In this document: piece by piece, positions 10,305 to 20,442 of the stretch
Layout of the letters: every line of letters begins with the position of its first letter
Position numbering within the stretch: position 1 is the first letter of the stretch
Assembly: GCA_963662265.2 (NCBI GenBank)
Contig: CAXXHA010000029.1
Location: 32,001-96,000 of the forward strand
Length of the DNA: 64,000 nt
Source of the DNA: Spirochaetia bacterium
GTDB taxonomy: Bacteria > Spirochaetota > Spirochaetia > CADAEX01
Direction: 5' to 3'
The notes under the pieces: generated by a model
The model's input: only the letters and a program-made list of their open reading frames with translations
Told to the model about the DNA's origin: nothing
Databases searched by the model: none
Position numbers and translations under genes: made by a program

Positions 10305-11588
10305 ATGGAATCTCTAGCTGTTGAACTGAATAACACACTTGAAGGCAGTTCAATCTACAAACTGATGTCAGATTTCGGAAAAAGGTTTTATTTTCCAAAA
10401 GGAATAGTTGCACAGGCTGCCGAGGCTGGAAGCAAGGCAAGCAGATTCAATGCAACTGTTGGAATGGCAACATCAGAGGGAAAACCAATGTTTCTCCCTT
10501 CAATAATGGAACACCTTTCAGATCTTGATTCTTCTGAAATATACTCTTATGCGCCCACTACAGGACTGCCTGCATTGCGAGAGATCTGGAAAAAAGAGAT
10601 GATACTTAAAAATCCGACACTTGAAGGGAAATCTGTTTCCCACCCGATAGTGACAGGCGGTCTGACACATGGAATATCAATTATTGCCGATCTGTTTGTC
10701 GGGGAGGGAGATACAGTTGTAGTCCCTGATATGTTCTGGGGAAACTACAGGCTGATTATCGAAGGCAGGTGCCAGGGGAAAATCCTTAATTTCCCTTTCT
10801 TTGACAATAACAGGATGAACCTTAAGGCTCTCGAAGAATCTATAAGGAAATCTCAAAACAGGAAAGCTGCTGTTATTCTCAATTTTCCAAATAATCCTAC
10901 AGGCTACTCACCTTCAAAAAAAGAAGCTGATGAAATTACTGAATTATTTGTTAAACTGGCAGATGAAGATTTTAATATCATGGTTGTCTGTGATGATGCC
11001 TATTTCGGTCTGTTTTTTGAAGAGGAAACCAACAAGGAGTCGCTTTTTTCCAGGCTTTGTGATGCCCATGAAAATATACTTGCCGTAAAAATTGACGGTG
11101 CCACTAAAGAGGAACTTGTATGGGGATTCAGGGTCGGTTTTATCACTTACGGCGGCAAGGGAATTTCTTCCGACCAGTATGAGGCAATTCAGAGGAAAAC
11201 AATGGGAGCTGTAAGGGCTTCTGTTTCCAACTGCAGCAAGATTTCACAGACACTTCTTCTTAAAGGACTTGAAAGCAAAACATACCATGAGGAAAAAGAC
11301 AGCGCATTCAGGGTAATGAATGAAAGATATATCAAGGTTAAGTCTGTTGTTTCAAATATGCCTGAAGATGTGCCTTTGAAAGCTCTTCCGTTTAATTCAG
11401 GTTATTTTATGACTTTTGAAGTTGTGGGAAAGGATTCTGACAAGCTTCGAATACATCTTCTTGATAAATACCAGACAGGAACAATTTCCATTGCAGGAAA
11501 ATACCTCAGGGTTGCATTCTCTTCAGTTGATGTGGAGAAAATTGAGGAGCTTTACAGTATTATTTTTAAAGCGGCAAAAGAACTGTAA
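10305..11588 (+). CDS. PLP-dependent aminotransferase class I/II
   Basis: NFPNNPTG, DDAY, DGATKE..WGFRVG. Confidence 0.9.
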   Translation: MESLAVELNNTLEGSSIYKLMSDFGKRFYFPKGIVAQAAEAGSKASRFNATVGMATSEGKPMFLPSIMEHLSDLDSSEIYSYAPTTGLPALREIWKKEMILKNPTLEGKSVSHPIVTGGLTHGISIIADLFVGEGDTVVVPDMFWGNYRLIIEGRCQGKILNFPFFDNNRMNLKALEESIRKSQNRKAAVILNFPNNPTGYSPSKKEADEITELFVKLADEDFNIMVVCDDAYFGLFFEEETNKESLFSRLCDAHENILAVKIDGATKEELVWGFRVGFITYGGKGISSDQYEAIQRKTMGAVRASVSNCSKISQTLLLKGLESKTYHEEKDSAFRVMNERYIKVKSVVSNMPEDVPLKALPFNSGYFMTFEVVGKDSDKLRIHLLDKYQTGTISIAGKYLRVAFSSVDVEKIEELYSIIFKAAKEL

Positions 11589-11743
11589 ACAGATTTTAAG
11601 AAAGCAAAAATGATATTTTATTGAATTTTTAAATAGTTGCTGATAAACGGAAAAAGCAGTATGTTCCTGAAAAATATTTTATTATCTAATACTGCTTAAT
11701 CTGATTCTTTAAATATTTAAAAAACGGTAAAAGGGGGAAAATA

Positions 11744-13574
11744 ATGGCGAACAAACTAAGAAGCGCACTAACTATGGAAGACCGGAAAATGGCGGGAGCA
11801 AGAAGCCTCTGGCGTGCTAACGGTATGAAAGAAGAGCATATGGGAAAACCTGTAATAGGTATAGCAAATTCTTTTACACAGATGGTACCGGGACATGTTC
11901 ATCTGCATGATATCGGTCAGCAGGTTAAAAAAATAATTGAGGAGAAAGGCTGCTTTGCGGCTGAGTTCAATACAATAGCTATAGATGACGGAATTGCCAT
12001 GGGGCATAACGGGATGCTCTATTCTCTTCCGTCGAGGGAAATTATCGCAGACAGTGTAGAATACATGTGCAATGCGCATAGAATAGACGCACTCGTATGT
12101 ATCAGCAACTGCGACAAGATTACTCCAGGTATGATGATGGCTGCAATGAGACTGAATATACCAACAGTCTTTGTATCAGGCGGTCCTATGGAGGCCGGAA
12201 AATTCAAGGGAGAAAAAATCGACCTTATTGATGCGATGATCAAGAGCGCTGATAAAAATATCACAGACAGCGATGTGGATGGGCTTGAAAGAAATGCATG
12301 CCCGACATGCGGAAGCTGTTCAGGCATGTTTACTGCCAATTCAATGAACTGTCTCAATGAAGCTCTGGGGCTGGCTCTTCCCGGCAACGGAACAATTGTA
12401 GCTACTCATAAAAAGAGGAAGGAGCTTTTTGAGAAAGCGGCGGAACTTGTTGTAAGAAATGCTGAAAAGTATTATCTGGAAGGAGATGATTCTGTTCTCC
12501 CCAGATCAATAGCAACAAAAGAGGCATTCATGAATTCGATGGCTCTTGATATTGCAATGGGCGGTTCAACCAACACAGTTCTTCATCTGCTTGCAATAGC
12601 AAATGCTGCGGAAGTTGATTTTACGATGGAAGATATTGATATGCTTTCAAAAAAAATACCATGTATCTGTAAAGTTGCACCCAGCTCTCATTACCATGTT
12701 GAGGATGTAAACCGTGCAGGCGGTATCATGGGAATACTTGCAGAGCTTGACAGGGGCGGGCTTATTGATACTTCTGTCAAAAGAATTGATTTTCCTTCAC
12801 TTGCATCTGCATTTGAAAAATATGATATTAAAACTGCATCTGCTGAAGAGGGACGCAGCATGGCTGAAGCAGCTCCCGGAGGATTTTTTAATCTTGAACT
12901 TGGTTCCCAGGATAACAAATACGGCCAAATTGATGTAGACAGGAAAGAGGGCTGTATCAGGGATGTTGAGAACTGCTACTATCCTGACGGAGGACTTGCT
13001 GTACTCAGGGGCAATATAGCACTTAACGGATCTATTGTGAAAACAGCAGGTGTAGACAAGTCTATTTTCAATTTCAGGGGAACTGCAAAAGTATTCAATT
13101 CACAGGAAGATGCCTGCGATGCTATTTTAAGCGGCAGGATTGTTGCAGGCGATGTTGTTGTAATTATCTATGAGGGACCTAAAGGGGGACCGGGAATGCA
13201 GGAAATGCTTTATCCTACTTCATACCTCAAGTCAATTCATCTCGGCAAGGAATGCGCCCTCATTACAGACGGAAGGTTTTCCGGCGGAACATCAGGACTT
13301 TCTATCGGGCATGTTTCACCCGAAGCTGCATCAGGCGGGCTTATAGCGCTGGTTAGAGATGGAGATAAGATTGAAATTGATATCCCTTCAAGAAAACTTG
13401 AACTTCTTGTGAGCGGTGATGAACTGAATAAGAGAAAAGCTGAAGAGGAAGCAAAAGGCAAAGACAGTTATAAAACCTGTCGGACGAAACAGGGTTATTT
13501 CTGATTCACTTAAAGCATACTCCTATTTTGCAGCATCTGCAGATAAGGGAGCAGTCAGGGTAATACCAGAATAA
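11744..13574 (+). CDS. ilvD: Dihydroxy-acid dehydratase; one +1 frameshift near 13472, after correction the C-terminus is ...[20 protein letters not shown]
   Basis: [36 protein letters not shown]; the conserved SADKGA tail lies in another frame to TAA at 13572-13574. Confidence 0.93.
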
Positions 13575-13607
13575 TGATTTACTAAACACTGTTTGAAAAT
13601 AAATTAT

Positions 13608-13642
13608 AAAGCCCTGCAGATAAGAAAAATGCAGGGCTTTTT
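13608..13642. terminator. Intrinsic terminator between ilvD and the U32 gene
   Basis: aaagccctgca/tgcagggcttt stem followed by T-run. Confidence 0.75.
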
Positions 13643-13706
13643 TATGAAATGCTTAAAATCCAAAATTATTAAAACAATGCTGTGAATATTTTCATATAGA
13701 TAATAA

Positions 13707-14919
13707 TCAGGTTTTCTCCCTTATTATAAATCCCTTATCAAGTTTTTTGTCTGTCACAAGATATGTTATTTTACCGTGATCTGTTTTTTCAACCAGGTTG
13801 AATTTTTCATCATAAAGTGAGAAATCTGAATCTTTGAGAAAGAGAAGATCAGGCCCTATATATTCAATCTTGCTGCTGCTTCTTATCTGGTTCTTCACAT
13901 CTATAGAATAACAGTTTTTCCCGTTTTCTGATTTTTCTTCTGACAACCCTGAAATACTGCCGAGGAATTTATACTCCCTCATGTAAGATTTAAAAGTCGG
14001 CATTTCTATTTCATCCTTGCCGTAATAAAAGCCTGTAGAAAAATTCCCTGTGGCTTACTTTGTAAATCTCATTTATATAATTATCAAGGTTGTTGATTTT
14101 ATGCCCGTTTATTGAATCAATCATTTTTTCTGTATGCTCTTGTAACAACTGCGGCATAATATATGGATTTCATCCTCCCCTCAATTTTGAGGGAATCGAC
14201 ACCTGCATTTTTAAGGTCTTCAAGATGGTCAATCATGCACAGGTCTTTGGAAGACATCACAGAAGTGAAATTTTCGCCTTCGATAACAGGGAAGTATTCA
14301 CCCTGTCTTTCAGATTCTTCCAGTACCCTGTACTGCCATCTGCAGGAGTGGGCACAGTCACCCTGATTGCCTGACCGGTCAGCAAGATATTTGCTTAAAA
14401 AACATCTTCCTGAATATGCAAGGACACATTGCACCGTGAACAAATACTTCCATTTCAAGATCAGGTAGTGAGTTTTTGATATCAGCTATTTCTGAAAGAG
14501 AAAGTTCTCTTCCAGGGATTATACGTGAAAACCCGAGATCTCTGTATAATTTTGCAGATTCTGTATTTACACAGTTGGCCTGTGTACTGAGATGAAGTTC
14601 TGTATCGGGAAAATATTTTTTTACTACAGGGAGGACTCCTATATCGCTTATTATAAAAGCATCAACCGGATATTCAGATATATAATCAATATTCTGTTCA
14701 AGATTATATAGATCAGAATTATGAAAATATATATTGAGAGCAACATAAAGCTTCTTATCCTGTTTCAATTCCCGGATCTTCAGATGTTCATCAGACTTGA
14801 AATTATCTGCTTTTGCCCTTAGTGAGAAATTTTTTGATCCCGATATATGCGGCATCTGCCCCATAGGCATATGCGTAATAAAGTTTTTCAATACTGCCTG
14901 CCGGCGATAATAATTCCAT
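13707..14919 (-). CDS. Peptidase U32 family (TrhP/PrtC-like Fe-S protein), split by four apparent +1 homopolymer frameshifts
   Basis: Reassembles as MELLSPAG..YGADAAYIG, HLSTQAN, EVFVHGAMC, AYSGRC, CAHSCRW, SLKIEGRMKS, HREFSTGFY; shifts near 14832, 14422, 14125 and 14040. Confidence 0.85.
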
Positions 14920-15238
14920 AACAGTGATAAGTTAAAATTATCCTGGATAATAGTCAATATAACATGTTTAAAAACAACTCTTTTAAATATTCTTTTGTTT
15001 ATTTCTTCTTTATTAATGAACAATATGATTATTAAGATACAAAAACATATAGTGTTTGTAGGAATATATAAAGCGAGAAAAAGGTTTATAATGTGAAAGA
15101 TGGCACAATATAAAGTTAGATGGGTGTATAAAAGCTGTTAAAAAGCCTTAATAATCACAATAAACAATTAATAATATACCGCAAGTAACATTAACAATAA
15201 TAAAAGATGTGATATATTAAGAAAATACAATATATTTA

Positions 15239-15299
15239 TTGACAATTATATAAATATGCGTATAAATTAAAATATAAGTATTAAAAATATTTAATACTT
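15239..15299 (+). promoter_or_regulatory. Sigma70-like promoter of the sulfur operon with a downstream palindromic operator candidate
   Basis: TTGACA (15239) N16 TATAAA (15261); perfect inverted repeat aagtattaaa-N4-tttaatactt at 15276-15299. Confidence 0.5.
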
Positions 15300-15336
15300 T
15301 AATCAATATAATTAAATACAGGAGAGGTTTTTTGTT

Positions 15337-16055
15337 GTGAGTGATCTTAACGAAAAAAAAGAAGCTTCCGGTGAAAATACCGGATCTATCAGAAGAAGCA
15401 GCAGATCCAGAAGCAGAAAGCCTAAAAAAAAGCCAGATTATACCGGGGATAATTGTTCTTTTGGTGATTATTGCTATCGGTATTGTACTTGCGGCTGTAA
15501 AGCCGATGCTTGGATTTTTCTGGGTAACAGGTAATGCTTTCGGATTTATTCTTCAGAGAGCAAGATTCTGTTTTACTGCATCTTTGCGGGATCCCTATCT
15601 GACCGGCGGAACATCATTGACAAAGGCTGTTCTGACAGCTTTTGCGATAACATCAATCGGATTCATTGCAATACAGTACGGAGCAGTTTCCAAAGGCCTA
15701 CCAATGCCGGGACAGGCATATGTTGTACCTGTCAGCGCTGCAACAGCTGTCGGAGCATTCATGTTCGGTATAGGAATGGTTATAGCAGGCGGATGTGCGT
15801 CAGGAACATGCATGAGAGTGGGTGAAGGATTTCATATGCAGATGCTTTCCCTGTTCTTTTTTTGTAATAGGTTCCCTCTGGGGAGCTCATGATTTCGGAT
15901 GGTGGAAGTTGAATGTAATTCTCAAGGGAAAAGCAGTATATCTGCCTGATGTATTTGGTTGGACCGGAGCTGTAATTATTCAGCTTCTGACAATAGCATT
16001 ATTATGGATTGCCGCTGATAAATGGGGCAAGAAAAAGGCTGCAGAAGGCCACTAG
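15337..16055 (+). CDS. YeeE/YedE thiosulfate/sulfur transporter family protein (half 1), with two homopolymer frameshifts (about 15428 and 15860)
   Basis: GFILQRARFCF and FGIGMVIAGGCASG motifs; SD ggagagg before GTG 15337; the fragments join across A8 and T7 runs. Confidence 0.85.
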
Positions 16056-16080
16056 AAAATAATTGACAAGGAGATAAAAA

Positions 16081-16308
16081 ATGAAAGAAGTAGAACTTGA
16101 TTGTTTGGGAGAAGCTTGTCCGGTACCTCTCGTAAAGGCACAGAAAAAAATTGAAGAACTTGAAGTCGGTGATGTACTTATTGTTCAGATCGACCACAGT
16201 TGCGCTATGAAGAATCTTCCTGAATGGGCAAGAACAGAAGGTCATAACGTAGAAATTGAAGAAGTAGATGACGGAGAATGGGAAGTCATCATCGAAAAAA
16301 CTAAATAG
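16081..16308 (+). CDS. TusA/YeeD (SirA-like) sulfur carrier
   Basis: LDCLGEACPVP motif, 75 aa, between the YeeE halves. Confidence 0.92.
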   Translation: MKEVELDCLGEACPVPLVKAQKKIEELEVGDVLIVQIDHSCAMKNLPEWARTEGHNVEIEEVDDGEWEVIIEKTK

Positions 16309-16325
16309 ATTCCCGGAGGAAAGAA

Positions 16326-16871
16326 GTGAAACTGACTGATAAAATAAAGAATAATGATTATTATAAAATCTGGTTAAAAGACGCATGGCCTTATATTACC
16401 GGAGCAATTTTACTGTCAGTTTTCCAGATAGTAACATTAGCTGTTACTGGTAATCCGTGGGGAGTATCAGGCGTCCTTGCTAACTGGGGCGCCTGGCTAT
16501 ATCAGCTTGTCGGCGGTTCTGTCGACAAGTGGTATTACTTCTCAAGCGAAGGAGCCCAGAAAGTTCTTGCAAACAACTTTATAAAAGATCCCGGTACTAT
16601 GAGAAACCTTGGAATTATTTTCGGTGCACTTTTTGCAACGCTTATAGCTTCAGGTTTTAAATTCAAGAAAATCAAGACAAAAAAACAGGTTGTCGCAGCT
16701 ATACTCGGCGGTCTTTTAATGGGATATGGTGCAAGAATAGGTTACGGCTGCAATATAGGAGCACTTTACAGCGGTATTACTGCATTTTCACTTTCAGGAT
16801 GGGTATTTGGTATATTTATCTTTCTTGGTGCTATTGTTGGAAGTAAACTGCTTGTTAAATACTTCATGTAA
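16326..16871 (+). CDS. YeeE/YedE family protein (half 2)
   Basis: GNPWGV and GGLLMGYGARIGYGCNIGA motifs. Confidence 0.9.
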   Translation: MKLTDKIKNNDYYKIWLKDAWPYITGAILLSVFQIVTLAVTGNPWGVSGVLANWGAWLYQLVGGSVDKWYYFSSEGAQKVLANNFIKDPGTMRNLGIIFGALFATLIASGFKFKKIKTKKQVVAAILGGLLMGYGARIGYGCNIGALYSGITAFSLSGWVFGIFIFLGAIVGSKLLVKYFM

Positions 16872-17021
16872 AGCAGTATCTGGAAAACATAAAAATATAT
16901 TTTTTAATAATATTTATTAAAAAGAAGTGGCTGAAATATCTGTCACTATAAATTGTAATTCAGGATTATATCAGATCTTAAATTAAAATACTTTCCTGAT
17001 TGACATGGAAAGGAGTGGATT

Positions 17022-18257
17022 GTGAGAGAAAAGAAAATTGAAAATTACGATGTTGTAATTATCGGGGGCGGTGCTTCCGGTCTTACAGCTGCTATATACT
17101 GCGGCAGGGCGCGGTTAAATACCCTGTTGATTGAAAAAGCTCTTATTGGGGGGCTTGCAACCTATACTAATGAAATAATGAATTTCCCGGGTTTTCCTGA
17201 CGGATCAACCGGCCTTGATCTTATGAACAAGTTTCATACGCAGGCGAAAAATTTCGGAGTAAAATTCAAACTGACTGATGTTAAATCTGTTGATTTCGGT
17301 GCTGAAACAAAAATCGTTGAAACATTCAGAAACAGCTATCATGCTAAAACAGTAATTGTTGCAACCGGAGGAAGGCCCAGAATTACAGGTGCCAAAGATG
17401 AAGAGAAATATCTTTTTGATAAAGGTATATCTTTCTGTGCAACTTGTGATGCTGCTGCCAACACAGGCAAAACTGTTATGATTATCGGAAGCGGTGACGC
17501 TGCAATCGAAGAGGGGATGTTCCTTACCAAGTTTGCTGACAAAGTAATAGTTTCTGTAATGCATGATGAAGGAAAAATGGACTGTAATGAGATAGCAAGA
17601 GACCAGGCACTTGCAAACCCGAAGATGGAATTTATCTGGAATACACTTGTAGATTCTTTTTCCGGTGAAGGTCATCTTGATACAGTTACACTCAAAAACC
17701 TGAAATCAGGCGAATTAATGCCTTTCAAGGTTGATACATGTTTCGAGTTTATCGGTTATATTCCCAACACAGAAATAGTCAAGGGAACTCTTGATATGAC
17801 TAAACCGGGCTATATTATTACCAACGATAAAATGGAGACAAATATTCCCGGAGTGTTTGCATGCGGTGATGTGAGGGACAAGGAGCTTAAACAGGTGGCA
17901 ACAGCTGTCGGCGACGGATCAATCGCAGGTGTCGGTGCTGAGAAATATATTGCTGAAACTGAAATGTTCAGAGAGCAGATCATGCAGAAGGAAAAAGTCG
18001 GTATTATTCTGATTTACTCTGCTGTTGATGCTCCAAGCAGGGAACTTATTCCTGTACTTACTGAAGTGGAAAAATCATACAACGGTAAGGTTAAACTTAA
18101 CTGTATAGATATTTACAAGGGAAGATCACTCTGTGACAGACTCGACTGTTCATGCGGAACAATGACAATCTTTATCACAAAAGATGGTGAAGTTGTTGAC
18201 AGGCTGGATGATTACTCAGAGTCAGCACTCAGAGCAAAACTTGATGCGCTTGTTTAA
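17022..18257 (+). CDS. Thioredoxin-disulfide reductase family flavoprotein with a C-terminal thioredoxin-like domain
   Basis: IIGGGASG, ATGG, CATCD, TNIPGVFACGD; about 100-aa Trx-fold-like tail lacking CxxC. Confidence 0.88.
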   Translation: MREKKIENYDVVIIGGGASGLTAAIYCGRARLNTLLIEKALIGGLATYTNEIMNFPGFPDGSTGLDLMNKFHTQAKNFGVKFKLTDVKSVDFGAETKIVETFRNSYHAKTVIVATGGRPRITGAKDEEKYLFDKGISFCATCDAAANTGKTVMIIGSGDAAIEEGMFLTKFADKVIVSVMHDEGKMDCNEIARDQALANPKMEFIWNTLVDSFSGEGHLDTVTLKNLKSGELMPFKVDTCFEFIGYIPNTEIVKGTLDMTKPGYIITNDKMETNIPGVFACGDVRDKELKQVATAVGDGSIAGVGAEKYIAETEMFREQIMQKEKVGIILIYSAVDAPSRELIPVLTEVEKSYNGKVKLNCIDIYKGRSLCDRLDCSCGTMTIFITKDGEVVDRLDDYSESALRAKLDALV

Positions 18258-18268
18258 GGAGAGATAAA

Positions 18269-19171
18269 ATGAAAAAGATTCTTCTATCATTTTTAATTGT
18301 TCTGCCTTTTCTGTTTATTTCATGCGGACCGTCAACTCCGGGTGAAAAAGGGACAGAAATAATTGCTGCGGAAAAAGCTTTGGAAATGATTTCAGAAGGA
18401 AATATATATCTTGTGGATGCCAGAAAATCTGCTGATTATAAGAAAAATCATCTGAAAGATGCTGTTAATATTTCACGACAGGATATTGTTGACAGCAGCA
18501 AATTTCCAAACATGCTTGCATCAGGAGTTCAGATAGCTGAAGTTCTCGGAAGCAGGGGAATTTCAAATGATAAGACAATTGTTGTATATGATGATAACAA
18601 GAATATGGATTCTGCAAGATTCTGGTGGACAGTGAAAGTATACGGTAATGACAATATCAAAGTTGTCAGCGGAGGCCTTAAAGCGCTTGTTTCTGCAGGT
18701 GCTGAATTAACATCTGAAATACCTTCAGTGACTAAAGCTGACTACAAGGTATCATCGCTGCGAAGTGAAATGATAGCTGATGCCAAATACATTAAAAAAC
18801 AGGTTAATAAACCAGCTGATGATATTGTAATTATAGATACAAGAAGCCAGGAGGAATATGACGAGGGTACAATCCCTGGATCATGTCTTCTCAACTTTGT
18901 TGATAATAATTTCAAAGACGGTACTTACAAGCCTGTACAGCAGATCAGTATAAGATATCTTGAAGCTGGTATTAGTTCTGACAAGGAAGCTGTAATGTAC
19001 TGCAAGACTTCAATCAGAGGGGCCCAGACATACCTTGCGCTCTATAATGCAGGATACAGGAAACTCAAGCTTTATGACGGCGCATGGGTTGAATGGATTT
19101 CAAACCCTCTCAATCCAGTTTATAAACCGGAAAAACCGGCTTATATGATAGATTCTTCGGATAATTCATAA
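18269..19171 (+). CDS. Tandem-domain rhodanese/sulfurtransferase, predicted lipoprotein
   Basis: Lipobox-like FISC; ARFWW, IIDTRS, YCKTSIR, LYDGAWVEW. Confidence 0.9.
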   Translation: MKKILLSFLIVLPFLFISCGPSTPGEKGTEIIAAEKALEMISEGNIYLVDARKSADYKKNHLKDAVNISRQDIVDSSKFPNMLASGVQIAEVLGSRGISNDKTIVVYDDNKNMDSARFWWTVKVYGNDNIKVVSGGLKALVSAGAELTSEIPSVTKADYKVSSLRSEMIADAKYIKKQVNKPADDIVIIDTRSQEEYDEGTIPGSCLLNFVDNNFKDGTYKPVQQISIRYLEAGISSDKEAVMYCKTSIRGAQTYLALYNAGYRKLKLYDGAWVEWISNPLNPVYKPEKPAYMIDSSDNS

Positions 19172-19191
19172 AACTTTAAGGAGTGTTTAAG

Positions 19192-20130
19192 ATGAAAAAG
19201 AATTTTTTTAAAATTTTAACAATTATGTTAGTTCTCTTCCTGTCAACAGGATTTCTGTTTGCAGGGGGAAGTAAGGAACCGGCAACTGAAACAAAAGCTG
19301 AATCCACTCAGCTGACTGCTGTAGAAGCTGCAGTTGCAAAATACTATGATGAACTACCTGATCATATTTACAAGATCAACCAGAAGAAATTTGCTGAAAA
19401 AGTAAATGCAGGCGATGAAATGTATGTAATCGATATCAGAAGAGCTGATGACTATGCAAAAGGTCATGTAGCAGGTGCTGTCAACATGCCATGGGGAACA
19501 GCAATTTCTGACAATCTTCAGTACATCCCCCAGTCAGGCGAAGTATTTGTTTACTGCTACTCAGGACAGACTGCTGGACAGACTGTAATGCTTATGAATG
19601 CTGCAGGTATTCCGGCAAGATCAGTTAACCTCGGTTTCAAATGGGGTCTTTCAAAAGTTCCCGGAGTAGACGCTATTCTTACTACAGATGCAACAGAAAT
19701 CGACAAATCAATGACATATGATGTTAATGCAGAAATTGCGACTGCTGTAAAAGCTTATTTTGACAGATTTGCTGAAGTTAAGGGTACACCTTTTGCAAGC
19801 AACATCGTAAGTGAAGAAAATGCAAAGAAAATCCTTGATTCAGGCGATGACAGCGCTGTATTTGTATCAATCAGAAGCGCTGATGACTATGCGAAAGGGC
19901 ACATTGCTACAGCTACAAACATTCCATGGGGAAAAAGCATGCACAAGGGTTTTGATGTTCTTCCTGGTGACAAGAAAATCATTATCTACTGCTACACAGG
20001 TCAGACAGCAGGTCAGACTGTAGCAGCATTAAGACTTCTTGGATATGATGCTGTTTCTCTCAAGGGCGGCATGGGCATGGATGCAAATGCTCCTCTCGGA
20101 TGGAAAAACAAGGGATATCCGGTAGAATAG
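19192..20130 (+). CDS. Exported double-rhodanese protein
   Basis: Signal peptide ending LFAGGSKE; two domains, each with DYAKGH and YCY(S/T)GQTA. Confidence 0.88.
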   Translation: MKKNFFKILTIMLVLFLSTGFLFAGGSKEPATETKAESTQLTAVEAAVAKYYDELPDHIYKINQKKFAEKVNAGDEMYVIDIRRADDYAKGHVAGAVNMPWGTAISDNLQYIPQSGEVFVYCYSGQTAGQTVMLMNAAGIPARSVNLGFKWGLSKVPGVDAILTTDATEIDKSMTYDVNAEIATAVKAYFDRFAEVKGTPFASNIVSEENAKKILDSGDDSAVFVSIRSADDYAKGHIATATNIPWGKSMHKGFDVLPGDKKIIIYCYTGQTAGQTVAALRLLGYDAVSLKGGMGMDANAPLGWKNKGYPVE

Positions 20131-20167
20131 TTTAATATTATATTCAGTTGATTCAGGATATAAACAG

Positions 20168-20203
20168 GCCGGCAGTCTTTAAAAAGGTTGCCGGCTTTTT
20201 TTT
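20168..20203 (+). terminator. Intrinsic terminator ending the sulfur operon
   Basis: gccggca/tgccggc stem followed by T8. Confidence 0.85.
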
Positions 20204-20442
20204 AAAAAAATTGATTTTACATCATTATATTCTAATTATAGAATATAACCTCTTGTTTGATAATAATTTGTTGTATACTGAAACATAGATTTATTTTATA
20301 GATTCCCCCTTTCGGGGACAGGTGCCTTGTAGGCAAACATCTAAGGCAGTTATCCCGGCTTACCGGGGAAAAACCGTAAAAGCGGTTTTTTAAAGGCATC
20401 CATAAGAGTAAAATAATAAATACTGCGGGAAGTGTCTGAATA

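Noticed and set aside
13707-14919. U32 gene as a true pseudogene or programmed frameshift
   Set aside because: All lesions are +1 in short runs, neighbouring unrelated genes show the same pattern, and motifs are undecayed; best explained as assembly error
15337-20130. Selenocysteine recoding in the YeeE/TusA/rhodanese operon
   Set aside because: Active sites are Cys codons, no in-frame TGA was seen, and the breaks are homopolymer frameshifts
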